DNA of 64,000 bases. Origin: Terriglobia bacterium. GTDB taxonomy: Bacteria > Acidobacteriota > Polarisedimenticolia > Polarisedimenticolales > JAIQFR01. Positions within the stretch are counted from its first letter, which is position 1. The number at the start of each line of letters is the position of its first letter. The notes beneath the pieces were generated by a model. That model saw only the letters and a list, made by a program, of their open reading frames with translations, was not told the DNA's origin and did no database searches. The DNA lies in assembly GCA_963748015.1 (NCBI GenBank), contig CAVVHE010000004.1, positions 1,184,001 to 1,248,000 on the forward strand, read 5' to 3'. A program made the position numbers and the translations under genes. Below, piece by piece: positions 10,512-20,592 of the stretch.

Positions 10512-11668
10512 GATCGGTTCCTCGATGAAATAGCCCTGGCCGCGGTCTCTCGCGCCCTGGCATCGACCCCCATGACCTCTTCTAGATTAGCCGCTCCGTC
10601 GTTTTCGTGCCGCTCGAGCGCCGCCCGGATGACCTCCGGGATCTCCAGGAACCCGAGGCGTCCCCCGAGGAAGGCCTCGACGGCGACCTCGTTCGCGGCG
10701 TTGAGCGCCGCGGGCGCCGCCCCCCCTCGCTCGAGGGCGCGGTAGGCCAGCGGGAGGCACGGGAACCGCTCGGGGTCGGGGGCCTCGAATTCGAGGGGCC
10801 CCGCGGCGACCGGGTCGAAAGGCGGGAGCGTGGCATGCCACCGCTCGGGCCAGGTCAGCGCGTACTGGATCGGGTGGCGCATGTCGGTGACGCCGAGCTG
10901 CGCCTTGAACGAGCCGTCCACGAACTCGACCATCGAGTGGACGACGCTCTTCGGGTGGATCACGACGCGGATCGTCTCGGGCGGCACCCCGAAGAGCCAG
11001 TGGGCCTCGATCACCTCGAGCCCCTTGTTCATCAGCGTCGCCGAGTCCACGCTGATCTTCGGCCCCATGCTCCACGTCGGGTGCTTCAAGGCCTCGGCGG
11101 GTGTCGCGCTCGCCAGCGTCGACATCGGCCGGGTGCGGAACGGCCCGCCCGAGCCCGTGAGCCAGAGCCGGCGGACCTCCCTGGCCGTCTCGCCGCGGAG
11201 ACACTGGTGCAGCGCGTTGTGCTCGCTGTCCACCGGGAGGATCCGCGCGCCGGTCTCGGCGGCGCGCGCGGTCAGCAGCGCGCCTCCGACCACGAGCGAC
11301 TCCTTGTTCGCGAGCGCGACATCCCGCCCCGCGTCCAGCGCCGCCCACGTCGAGCGGAGCCCCGCGGCGCCGACGACCGCGCAGACCACGAGCTCCGCCC
11401 CGGGGTGAACGGCCGCCTCGACGAGCGCGTCCGGGCCGTGAACGATCCGGCAACGCCCGCCGACGCGGCGCGCGAGGTCCGCGGCGGCCCCGGGATCGGC
11501 CACGGCCACGAGCTCCGGCTCGAACCGGCGCACCTGTTCCTCGAGCCGCTCGGCGTTGCGCCCCGCTCCTAGCGCCACGACGCGGAATGCCCCGGGGAAC
11601 GACGCCACGACGTCGAGCGTGCTCGTCCCGATCGAACCGGTGGAGCCGAGGACGACGATGCGCTTCAC
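10508..11668 (-). CDS. dxr: 1-deoxy-D-xylulose 5-phosphate reductoisomerase
   Basis: LGSTGSIG, LANKESLV, PVDSEH, HPTWSMGPKIS, MNKGLE, NAANE; GTG start 11668. Confidence 0.97.
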   Translation of the reverse strand: MKRIVVLGSTGSIGTSTLDVVASFPGAFRVVALGAGRNAERLEEQVRRFEPELVAVADPGAAADLARRVGGRCRIVHGPDALVEAAVHPGAELVVCAVVGAAGLRSTWAALDAGRDVALANKESLVVGGALLTARAAETGARILPVDSEHNALHQCLRGETAREVRRLWLTGSGGPFRTRPMSTLASATPAEALKHPTWSMGPKISVDSATLMNKGLEVIEAHWLFGVPPETIRVVIHPKSVVHSMVEFVDGSFKAQLGVTDMRHPIQYALTWPERWHATLPPFDPVAAGPLEFEAPDPERFPCLPLAYRALERGGAAPAALNAANEVAVEAFLGGRLGFLEIPEVIRAALERHENDGAANLEEVMGVDARARETAARAISSRNRS

Positions 11669-12477
11669 GGCGCGGCCTCGAGGAAGAGGCGGTAGTAGTA
11701 GTACAGCGCCGGTCCCGCGAGCAGCAGGCTGTCCATCCGGTCCAGGAAGCCGCCGTGGCCGGGGAGCAGGGCGGACGAGTCCTTGGCGCCCGCCGCCCGC
11801 TTCACCATGCTCTCCGCGAGGTCGCCGAGCACGCCCGCCGCCGAGAGGATCGCGCCGAGGGCCAGAGCGTGCGCCAGGCCGAGACGCTGGTAGAACCAGA
11901 AGTGCGCGAGCAGCGCCGCGCCGATGCTCGCGACCAGACCGCCGGCCGCCCCCTCCCAGGTCTTCCGCGGCGAGAGGACCGGGGCCATGCGGTGGCGTCC
12001 GATCGAGCTGCCGACGTAGTAGGCCGCGGTGTCGGAGCAGATCACGCACAGGAGCAGGAGCAGCAGCGTATCGGTGCCGTCGTTCCCCGCCCTCGAGCGC
12101 AGGCCGACCACGGTGCCGAGCGTCAGCCCGACGAAAAGCACCGGGAACAGGGTGCTCGACGCCGAGCGAAGCATCGCGTCCGGGGTGTCCCGGCGCGCCA
12201 TCGCGGCGACGATCGCGACGGCCGTCGCCGCGAGGAGCGGAACGGCGGCGGGATAGAACGGCCTCGTCTCGAGGAACGACCAGGCGATCGCGATCGAGGC
12301 CGCGATGCCGAGGACACGGAACGGCCTGTCCCCGCGGCTCTCGAGGAGCCGGTAGCACTCCCACGCGGCGAAGCCGATCCCGACCGCCATCAGCGCGAAG
12401 AACGCCGTCGGGGAGGTCTTCTTGATGACGACCCACAGGACGGCCATGAGCACGGCGGCCGTGACGACCCGCTTCAT
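11665..12477 (-). CDS. cdsA: Phosphatidate cytidylyltransferase
   Basis: SDTAAYYVG, SPRKTWEG, GDLAESMVKR...KDS..LLPGHGGFLDRMDS. Confidence 0.96.
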   Translation of the reverse strand: MKRVVTAAVLMAVLWVVIKKTSPTAFFALMAVGIGFAAWECYRLLESRGDRPFRVLGIAASIAIAWSFLETRPFYPAAVPLLAATAVAIVAAMARRDTPDAMLRSASSTLFPVLFVGLTLGTVVGLRSRAGNDGTDTLLLLLLCVICSDTAAYYVGSSIGRHRMAPVLSPRKTWEGAAGGLVASIGAALLAHFWFYQRLGLAHALALGAILSAAGVLGDLAESMVKRAAGAKDSSALLPGHGGFLDRMDSLLLAGPALYYYYRLFLEAAP

Positions 12478-12508
12478 CGCGCTCCGTCCGCCGAGGAGCC
12501 GGTCCGAG

Positions 12509-13303
12509 TCATCGCGTCGCCGCGACGGGAGGAACCGGCTCGTGGGCGCCGATCCCGCCGTAGCGCCGCTCGCGGCGCTGGAAGTCGAGCAGCGCCTCGA
12601 GGAGGTGCCTCAGCCTGAAGTCCGGCCAGAGGGTGGGGGTCACGTGGATCTCGGCGTACGCGATCTGCCAGAGGAGGAAGTTCGACACCCGCATCTCGCC
12701 GCTGGTCCTGATCAGCAGGTCCGGGTCCGGCTGGCCGGCCGTGTAGAGGTGCCTCGCGAACGCGCTCTCGTCGATCGCCTCCGCCCCAAGTCCTTCGGCG
12801 GCGATCGCGCGGCACGCGTCCACGATCTCGGCTCGCCCGCCGTAAGAGAGCGCGATGTTGAACCGCATGCCGCCGTTGGCGGCGGTCTCGTCCACCGCCC
12901 GCCGCAGCTCCTCCTGGATCTGGGGCTGGAGGTCCCCGAGCCGGCCGATCACGGAGAACCGGATGCGGTTCTCCATGAGGGTCCTCATCTCCCTCCGCAG
13001 GTATTCCCGGAGGAGGTTCATGAGGGTGTCCACCTCCGTCCTCGGGCGTTTCCAGTTCTCCTGCGAGAAGGCGTACAGGGTGAGGACCTCGATGCCGAGC
13101 CGGGCGGCGCTCTCGACGGTCTCGCGCACGGACTTGATGCCGGCGCGGTGGCCGGCGACGCGCGGCAGGTGCCGCTTCCGCGCCCAGCGGCCGTTCCCGT
13201 CCATGATCACGGCGACGTGGCGCGGGAAGCGGGACGGATCGAGCTGCCGCAGGAGGAGATCCTCCTCGCTCCCGGGCACGGCCAGCGACTTCTGATCCGC
13301 CAT
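12509..13303 (-). CDS. uppS: Undecaprenyl diphosphate synthase (isoprenyl transferase)
   Basis: HVAVIMDGNGRWA, YAFSQENWKRP, LLIRTSGEMRVSNFLLWQ. Confidence 0.96.
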   Translation of the reverse strand: MADQKSLAVPGSEEDLLLRQLDPSRFPRHVAVIMDGNGRWARKRHLPRVAGHRAGIKSVRETVESAARLGIEVLTLYAFSQENWKRPRTEVDTLMNLLREYLRREMRTLMENRIRFSVIGRLGDLQPQIQEELRRAVDETAANGGMRFNIALSYGGRAEIVDACRAIAAEGLGAEAIDESAFARHLYTAGQPDPDLLIRTSGEMRVSNFLLWQIAYAEIHVTPTLWPDFRLRHLLEALLDFQRRERRYGGIGAHEPVPPVAATR

Positions 13304-13364
13304 CGTGGATTCCACTCCCGGCGCCCCGCCGCGCCGCCCGGCGCCGGTGCGTTGAGGACGCCGG

Positions 13365-13393
13365 ATCTTAACCCCGGCGGGGCCGACCATCAA
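13365..13393 (-). promoter_or_regulatory. Putative sigma70 promoter for uppS operon
   Basis: TTGATG-17 bp-TAAGAT. Confidence 0.55.
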
Positions 13394-13406
13394 GCGATCG
13401 ACGCCG

Positions 13407-14405
13407 CTACTCGCGGTCCCCGTACCCCTTCGGGTGGTCCCGGTGCCACGCCCAGGCCGTGCGGACGATGTCCTCGAGCCGCGGGAGCCTCGGCTCGAAC
13501 CCCAGGCGGCGCGCGGCGCGCTCGGAGGAGGCGACGAGGATCGCGGGGTCGCCCGCGCGGCGCGGGGCCCGCTCGGTGGGAGGGGTCTCGCCGGTCACCC
13601 TCGCGACCGTGTCCACCACGTCGCGCACCGAGAACCCCTCGCCGTTCCCGAGGTTGAACACCCCCGCCTCGACCCGGTCCCGCTCGAGCGCCTCGAGCGC
13701 CGCGACGTGCGCCTCCGCGAGGTCCGTCACGTGGATGTAGTCGCGCACGCAGGTCCCGTCGGTGGTCGGATAGTCCTCGCCGAACACCGGCGTCGGAGGG
13801 CCGCCGTCGAGAATCGAGCGCAGCAGGCGGGGAATCAGGTGGCTTTCCGGCGCGTGGTCCTCGCCGAGGTCGCCGTCCGGGTGCGCTCCCGCGGCGTTGA
13901 AGTACCGCAGCGCCGCGTAGCGCATGCCGTACGCCCGGTGGAACCAGGCCAGCGCGTTCTCGATCACGAGCTTGGTCTCGCCGTAGGGGTTGGTCGGCGA
14001 GAGCGGGTGCTCCTCGGTGATCGGCACCTCGACCGGATCGCCGTACACCGCGGCGGAGCTCGAGAAGACGATCCCCTTCACGCCGAGCCGCCGCGCGGCG
14101 TCGAGGAGGCGCAAGGTCTTGGCCACGTTGTTGTCGTAGTACCGCGCGGGGCTCGCGACCGACTCGCCCACCTGGCAGAACGCGGCCATGTGGACGACGT
14201 ACTCGACGCCCTCGCCCTCGAGCAGCGGTTCGACGACGGCAGGGTCGCCGAAATCCCCCTCCACGAGAGCGACGTTCCCGACCGCCGCGCGGTGGCCCTC
14301 GGAGAGGTCGTCGACCACGGTCACGTCCCAGCCGGACCCCGCCAGGCGCCGCACGATGTGGCTGCCGATGTAACCCGCCCCGCCCGTGACGACGACCGAC
14401 GCCAT
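13407..14405 (-). CDS. galE: UDP-glucose 4-epimerase
   Basis: TGGAGYIGSH, FSSSAAVYG, YGETK, LRYFNAAGA, DGTCVRDYIHV. Confidence 0.95.
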   Translation of the reverse strand: MASVVVTGGAGYIGSHIVRRLAGSGWDVTVVDDLSEGHRAAVGNVALVEGDFGDPAVVEPLLEGEGVEYVVHMAAFCQVGESVASPARYYDNNVAKTLRLLDAARRLGVKGIVFSSSAAVYGDPVEVPITEEHPLSPTNPYGETKLVIENALAWFHRAYGMRYAALRYFNAAGAHPDGDLGEDHAPESHLIPRLLRSILDGGPPTPVFGEDYPTTDGTCVRDYIHVTDLAEAHVAALEALERDRVEAGVFNLGNGEGFSVRDVVDTVARVTGETPPTERAPRRAGDPAILVASSERAARRLGFEPRLPRLEDIVRTAWAWHRDHPKGYGDRE

Positions 14406-14449
14406 GTCCCCTCCCTGCCCGCCCTCGCGGGCGGCCGCCTATCCTACAA

Positions 14450-15208
14450 CTACTCCCGATACTCCACGCGCTCGAGACAGAGGCCGTGGGCCGGGGCGGT
14501 GGGGCCGGCGAGCGTGCGGTCGCCCGAGGCCAGGATCTCCAGGACGCGCTCCGGGCGAAAGCGGCCCCGGGCGATCTCGATCAGCGTCCCGACGATGTTG
14601 CGGACCATGTGGGTCAGGAAGCCGTCGGCGCCGAGGTCGAACGCGAGGAGCACGGGCGAGAGCTCCTCGAACGACGCGAGGGTCAAGTGCCGGACGCGGT
14701 CCTCGCACGGGCACGCCGCTCCCGCGAAGCCGGACCAGTCGCGCCGGCCGGGAAGGAGGCGCAGCGCCTCCCCCACCGCGGCGAGGTCCATCGGGTGCGG
14801 GTGGTGCAGCGCGTATCGCGCCAGGAACGGGTCGCGGTGAGCGGAGCGGTCCAGGAGGTAGCGGTACCTCTTCGAAACGGCGTCGTGCTGGGCGTGGAAC
14901 GACGATACGACCGTCCGCGCGGCCACGGGCCGCACCTCGGGCGGGAGCATCGAGCGGAGCGAGCGGAGGAGGGCCTCGTCGTCCAGCCTGATCGCGACCT
15001 CGCTGTCGGCGACCTGTCCCCTCGCGTGGACGCCGGCGTCGGTCCTGCCGGCGCCGCGGATCCTCGCGGCCGCTCCGCCCTGCAGGCGGGAGAGCGTCCC
15101 CTCGATCACTCCCTGGACGGTTCGCTTGCCGGGCTGGACCTGCCAGCCGGCGAAGCCGGTGCCGTCGTAGGCGAGATCGAGGCGGATCCTCCGAGGATGG
15201 GCGGTCAC
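14450..15208 (-). CDS. truA: tRNA pseudouridine(38-40) synthase
   Basis: YDGTGFAGWQ, AGRTDAGVHA, GFLTHMVRNIVG, TAPAHGL; GTG start 15208. Confidence 0.95.
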   Translation of the reverse strand: MTAHPRRIRLDLAYDGTGFAGWQVQPGKRTVQGVIEGTLSRLQGGAAARIRGAGRTDAGVHARGQVADSEVAIRLDDEALLRSLRSMLPPEVRPVAARTVVSSFHAQHDAVSKRYRYLLDRSAHRDPFLARYALHHPHPMDLAAVGEALRLLPGRRDWSGFAGAACPCEDRVRHLTLASFEELSPVLLAFDLGADGFLTHMVRNIVGTLIEIARGRFRPERVLEILASGDRTLAGPTAPAHGLCLERVEYRE

Positions 15209-16153
15209 TTCCCGGCTGCCGAGAGCGTGAGGCGGCGAGCGGCCGTGTCGAGCTTCGCGTGGCCCCCGATCGGCAGGGTCCATTTCCCCTCGAGGTGCCC
15301 GGCCGGGATCCCGGCCACCACGGGCACGTCGAGCGGAAGGAACGTCTCCCGCACCAGCTCGAGCAGCGGCCGGTCCGGCGGGAACTTTCGCCGCGATGGC
15401 TCGGGCTCGAACGACCCGAAGACCGCGCCGACGATGCCGTCGAACGCGCCCGCCATCCGCAGGTGCTGCAGCGTCCGGTCCATGCGGTAGACGCTCTCCC
15501 CCGCGTCCTCGAGGAACAGCACCGCTCCGCGGAAGTCCGGCGCGTGCTTCGTGCCCGCGAGATGCGCCAGCACCGTGAGATTCCCGCCGAGAAGCCGCCC
15601 CGCGGCCTTCCCGTGCCGGATCACGCTCCGCGCCGGGAATCGAAGCTCCACCGTTCCCCCGGCCAGCATCTTCTTCAGGGAGGGGGCGTGATAGGCCTTG
15701 GGGTCTCCCAGCTCGGCGGCGACCGGACCGTGGAGGCAGCTCGCGCGCGTCCGCCGCGACGCGACGGCGAACAGCGCGGTGACGTCGCTGTACCCGACGA
15801 GCACCTTGGGATCGCGCCGCGCGGCGTTCCAGTCCACGAGGTCGAGAATCCTCGCGGTACCGTATCCGCCGCGCGCGAACCAGATGCCCCGCACCGCCGG
15901 GTCGGCGAGCATCGCGTTCAGGTCCTCGGCGCGCGCCGCATCGCTCCCCGCGAAGTACCCGTCGCGGGCGAGCACGCTGCGGCCTAGGATCACGCTGTAC
16001 CCCATCGCGGTGAGAGCCGCGGTTCCCCGGGCGAGCGCCATGGGAGACACCGCGAAGCCGGGCGCGACCACGCCGACGAGACTACCCGGCGGGAGAACGG
16101 GAAAAGTGCCCCTCTCCCGCCGTTCGCGGCCACCCGCGGGCCGGCGGGAGTGG

Positions 16154-16173
<20 letters not shown>
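15205..16173 (-). CDS. LD-carboxypeptidase (peptidase S66); start uncertain
   Basis: ARGGYG, GYSDVT (catalytic Ser), GGNL, FLED, AGH catalytic triad motifs. Confidence 0.9.
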
Positions 16174-16584
<411 letters not shown>

Positions 16585-16599
16585 ATCCATGATACACCG

Positions 16600-17250
16600 T
16601 CAGTTGGTGCGGAGGCGGGAGAGGAACGGCCGGAGGGCGGACGAGGGGATCGCGCCCTCGCGGATGATCCGCGGAACGGCACCGGTCAGGTCGAGTACCG
16701 TCGAAGGCGCTCCCCCCGTGGCCGGGCCGCCGTCGAGAATCATCGCCACCCCTTCGGTGAAGACCTGCGCGACCTCGGCCGCCGTCCGGCAAGGCGGTCG
16801 CCCCATGAGATTGGCGCTCACCCCGGTGATCGGCCTCCCGAGAGCCGCGGCGAGTCGACGGGGAAGCGCCAAGCCGGGTACCCGAACGCCCACCGTGCCC
16901 AGGCCTCCCGTCACCTCCGGAGGAAGGGAAGGTCCCGCGGGAACGACGAGGCTGAGCGGACCGGGCCAGAACATCTCGGCGATCGGCCCGAAGTTCTCCG
17001 GCAGCGGCCCCGCGACGGTGGCGAGCTGTTCGGGCCCCGAGAGGAGGAGGAGCATCGGCGATCCGCGAGGCTTCCGCTTCAGGTCGTTGACCCGGCCGCA
17101 AGCCTCGACGTCGAACGCGTCCACCGCCAGGCCGTAGAAGGTCTCGGTGGGAAGCGACACGATCTGTCCCGACGACAGCATGGAGGCCGCCCGCGCCAGA
17201 CGGTCCTCGCGCGGCCGTTCGGGATCCACCGTCAGGATACGCGTGGGCAT
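16600..17250 (-). CDS. tsaC: L-threonylcarbamoyladenylate synthase (Sua5/YrdC)
   Basis: PTETFYGL, KRKP, FWPGPLS, VGVRVP, SANL, PSTVLD, REGAI. Confidence 0.92.
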   Translation of the reverse strand: MPTRILTVDPERPREDRLARAASMLSSGQIVSLPTETFYGLAVDAFDVEACGRVNDLKRKPRGSPMLLLLSGPEQLATVAGPLPENFGPIAEMFWPGPLSLVVPAGPSLPPEVTGGLGTVGVRVPGLALPRRLAAALGRPITGVSANLMGRPPCRTAAEVAQVFTEGVAMILDGGPATGGAPSTVLDLTGAVPRIIREGAIPSSALRPFLSRLRTN

Positions 17251-17330
17251 CGTCAGCAATCCGTTGGGAGATGGCCTTTCCATGTCGGGCTTCGGAAGTC
17301 TAACATGAAGCGCGGCGGAGGGATGCAGGA

Positions 17331-18128
17331 ATGATCGGCCGGACCCACACCGCGCTTCGGCGCATCCGCGAGCTTCGCAAGGACCGGCGCGCGCGCGACG
17401 CCCAGGGGGTGTTCGTCGCCGAGGGGATCCACCTGGCCGAAGAAGCGCTGGCCTCCGGCGCGGACATCGAGCTGGCGCTGGTCTCTCCGAGACTCGTCAC
17501 GTCGGAGCAAGGACGGACCCTTCGCCTCCGGCTCGAGCAGGCGGGGATTTCGCTTCTCGAGACCGCGGACAAGGCCCTGGACACGGTCGCGGACGCGCGC
17601 TCGCCCCAGCCGGTGATGCTCGTCGTGCGCGCGAGGACGTTCACGCTGGACGAGGCGATCGCGGGACGCGGCGCTCCCGCGCTCCTCGCCCTGGTCCACG
17701 GCGTCCAGGACCCCGGAAACCTCGGAACCGTGCTTCGCACCGCCGACGCCGCGTCCGCGACCGGCTTCGTCGCGGCCGGGGCCGGCTCGGACCTCCACCA
17801 TCCCAGGGCGGTCCGCGCGACCGCGGGATCGATCTTCCGGCTGCCGGCGGCCACGTGCCAGGGACAGGAGGTTTTCGCGAAGCTCGCCGAGCGCGGAATC
17901 CGCTGCGTCGGGGCCGACCCTCGATCGCTCGAGGACTTCACGAGCGTCGCGCTCGACGGCCCGGTCGCGCTCTTCCTCGGCGGCGAGGGCGCGGGGCTTC
18001 CCCCCGCGTGGCTCTCCCGGATGGACGAGAGGGTGAAGATCCCGATGCACCCCGGCGTCGAGAGCCTCTCGATCGGGGCCGCGGCCGCGATCCTGCTGTT
18101 CGAGGCGAGGCGCCAGCGAAACCGCTAG
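17331..18128 (+). CDS. TrmH/SpoU family RNA methyltransferase
   Basis: QDPGNLGTVLRTA, LGGEGAGL, IPM..GVESLSIG SPOUT motifs. Confidence 0.9.
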   Translation: MIGRTHTALRRIRELRKDRRARDAQGVFVAEGIHLAEEALASGADIELALVSPRLVTSEQGRTLRLRLEQAGISLLETADKALDTVADARSPQPVMLVVRARTFTLDEAIAGRGAPALLALVHGVQDPGNLGTVLRTADAASATGFVAAGAGSDLHHPRAVRATAGSIFRLPAATCQGQEVFAKLAERGIRCVGADPRSLEDFTSVALDGPVALFLGGEGAGLPPAWLSRMDERVKIPMHPGVESLSIGAAAAILLFEARRQRNR

Positions 18129-18131
18129 GTC

Positions 18132-20564
18132 TCAGCCGCGGCGAATGATTCTGAAGCGCGGGCGCGTCGGGGGCGTGACGTCCGGGGAAGGCCGGCTGTC
18201 GGGAGGCTCGGACGGCGCCTCGGGCTCGACCGACGGCGGCTCCGCCTGCGCGACGCCGGACCCGCCGTCGTCTTCCCCTTCGGCCGACGCGACGGGAAGG
18301 TTGAAGGTGAAGGTCGTCCCGCGGCCCACCTGGCTCTCCGCGCGGATCGAGCAGCCGTGGAGACGGAGGAGGCTCCGGACGATCGAGAGTCCGAGGCCCG
18401 TGCCCTCGGGCGGCGCGCCCTCTCCGGTCCCGGCCCGGTAGAACCGGTCGAAGATCCGATCGAGGTCACCCTCCGGGACGCCGATCCCCGTATCCTGGAC
18501 CTGGACGCTGACGAGCCCCTGCTTCCCGGCCCGCGCCTCGACCCGGATCTCCCCGCCGTCGCGGTTGAACTTGACCGCGTTCGAGAGGAGATTCAAGAAC
18601 ACCTGCAGGACCTTCTCGCGGTCCGCGTGGATGACGATCTCCGGGTCCTCGAAAGCGGTGGCGAAGCGGATGCGCTTCGCCTCGATCTTCGTCTTGAGCG
18701 TCTCGGCGCTCTCCTCGACCAGCGCGCGCAGCGGGAAGACCGAGATGTTGAGCTCGGCGGACTCGCGGTCCATGCGCGCGAACGCGAGGAGGTTGTCGAT
18801 CATCGAGATCAGCCGGTCGATGTTCTTGAGGGAGAGGCCGAGCCCCTTCTTCTGCTCCTCGTTGATCGTCCCGAGCCTCTCCTTGAGGATCATCTCGGTG
18901 TAGCCGCGCACCGCGACCAGCGGCGTCTGCAGCTCGTGCGTGACGTTGGCGAGGAGGTTCGTCTTCATCCGGTCGAGAGTGCGCAGCTCGCGGTTGAGCC
19001 GGTCCAGCTCGCGGCTCGACGCTTCGAGCTTCTCGTGCGCGCCGGCAAGCCTGCGGTACGACGCCTCGGCGTCCGCTCTCGCCGCGCGGAGTCCTTCCGC
19101 CTCGTCCCCGAGCCGCCGCTCTTCCGCCCGCTCGCGCGAGGCGTCGCGGCAGACGAGGATCCGTCCGAGGTGCGCTCCCCTGCGGTCCACGAGCGGCGAG
19201 ACGGACAGCTCCAGGACGCGCCCCGGCGCGGCCCCCACCCTCACGGTGTCCCGCCGCACGTCCCTCGTCGCCGCCGCCAGGAATCCGGCGACCGCCTCGG
19301 CCCCCTCGCCGCGGTCGCGCAGCATCCGGAGCAGCTCGCCCTCGTTCGCGCCGAGCACCTCCGCCTCCCGGAGGCCGAACAGCTCCAGGAAAGCCCGGTT
19401 GGTCATGCGGACGATCGCCCCCTCGGGGCGGTCGGCGAGCGACACCACCGCGTCCGACGTCGCCTCGAGGACCGCGTCGAGCCGCGACTCGTTCCGCCTG
19501 AGCTCCGCCTCGACGCGGCGGAGGACGGTCTCGTCCACCGCCGTGCCGATCACCGCCGGGCTCCCGCCGACACTCGCGGCCACCAGCGAGAAGCGGACCG
19601 CGACCGCGGCCCGCCCGTCGGCGGAGACGAGGGTCAACCGGAGATCCTGCCGCTCCCCGGCGGGGCGCTTCTCGAGACGCGCGAGGAGCTCCTGGAGCGC
19701 GATGACGTCGCGCGTGGCGACGCGGTCCCGCAGCGCCAGGCCGGCGAGGTCCTCGGGCCGCACGCCGAGCAGGTCGGCCAGCGCCCTGTTCGCGAAGGAG
19801 ATCCTCCCCCCGCGGAGCACGACGACCGCCTCGGGCATCCCCTCGACGAGGCCGCGGTAGCGGGCCTCGGATTCGGCCAGCTCGCGCTCGATCCGCACCT
19901 CGGCGTCCACGTCCTTCACGGCGAAGACGTAGCCGTGCGCCTCGCCACCGCGCCCGCGGAGCATCCTCACGGAGACGCTGCCGTGGAACCTCGACCCGTC
20001 GCGCCGCACGAGGACGGACCGGGTCTCCACCGCCCGCTCCTTCAAGCTCTTCCGGCCCAGCTTCGGCAGCAGCTCCTTCCAAGCCGCCTCGTCGAACAGC
20101 GCCGCGGCCGGGCGCCCGGCCGCGTCCTCCTCGTCCCAGCCGAGCAGCGCGTTGGCCCCGGCGCTGAAGCCGAGGACGTCGAAGTCCGTGTCGGTGGTGA
20201 TCAGCGCGAAGTCGCCGGTGACCTCGAGGAGCGCGTGGAGCCCCGCCCCCTTCCGCTCGGCCTCGGCGGCGCGGGCGGCGATGTCCTGGCCGAGCAGGTT
20301 CACGGCGCTCGCGAGCACCGAGAAGGGCGAGCGGGGGTCGAGATCGGCCGAGTGCGGCACGCGGCCGCCGCGAAGAGACTCGACCGCGAGAACGAGCTCG
20401 CGGATGTCCCGCCGCTGCTGCCGCCGCGACAGGAAGATCAGGAGGAACAGCAGGAGTGCCAAGGCGGTCAGGCCGACCCCCACCACGAACAGGAGACCGG
20501 CGTTGCCCGCGAGCAGGCCTTCCAACCCGGATCCCTGCGCTCCCGCGGCCGCGTCCTGCATCAT
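18132..20564 (-). CDS. Membrane sensor histidine kinase with multiple PAS domains
   Basis: N-terminal TM, three PAS-like segments, H-box THELQTPL, NLLSNAVKF, DTGIG, FDRFYR, GTGLGL. Confidence 0.92.
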   Translation of the reverse strand: MMQDAAAGAQGSGLEGLLAGNAGLLFVVGVGLTALALLLFLLIFLSRRQQRRDIRELVLAVESLRGGRVPHSADLDPRSPFSVLASAVNLLGQDIAARAAEAERKGAGLHALLEVTGDFALITTDTDFDVLGFSAGANALLGWDEEDAAGRPAAALFDEAAWKELLPKLGRKSLKERAVETRSVLVRRDGSRFHGSVSVRMLRGRGGEAHGYVFAVKDVDAEVRIERELAESEARYRGLVEGMPEAVVVLRGGRISFANRALADLLGVRPEDLAGLALRDRVATRDVIALQELLARLEKRPAGERQDLRLTLVSADGRAAVAVRFSLVAASVGGSPAVIGTAVDETVLRRVEAELRRNESRLDAVLEATSDAVVSLADRPEGAIVRMTNRAFLELFGLREAEVLGANEGELLRMLRDRGEGAEAVAGFLAAATRDVRRDTVRVGAAPGRVLELSVSPLVDRRGAHLGRILVCRDASRERAEERRLGDEAEGLRAARADAEASYRRLAGAHEKLEASSRELDRLNRELRTLDRMKTNLLANVTHELQTPLVAVRGYTEMILKERLGTINEEQKKGLGLSLKNIDRLISMIDNLLAFARMDRESAELNISVFPLRALVEESAETLKTKIEAKRIRFATAFEDPEIVIHADREKVLQVFLNLLSNAVKFNRDGGEIRVEARAGKQGLVSVQVQDTGIGVPEGDLDRIFDRFYRAGTGEGAPPEGTGLGLSIVRSLLRLHGCSIRAESQVGRGTTFTFNLPVASAEGEDDGGSGVAQAEPPSVEPEAPSEPPDSRPSPDVTPPTRPRFRIIRRG

Positions 20565-20592
20565 GCTCCCGCCACGTCCTCCGTCCCGCCGC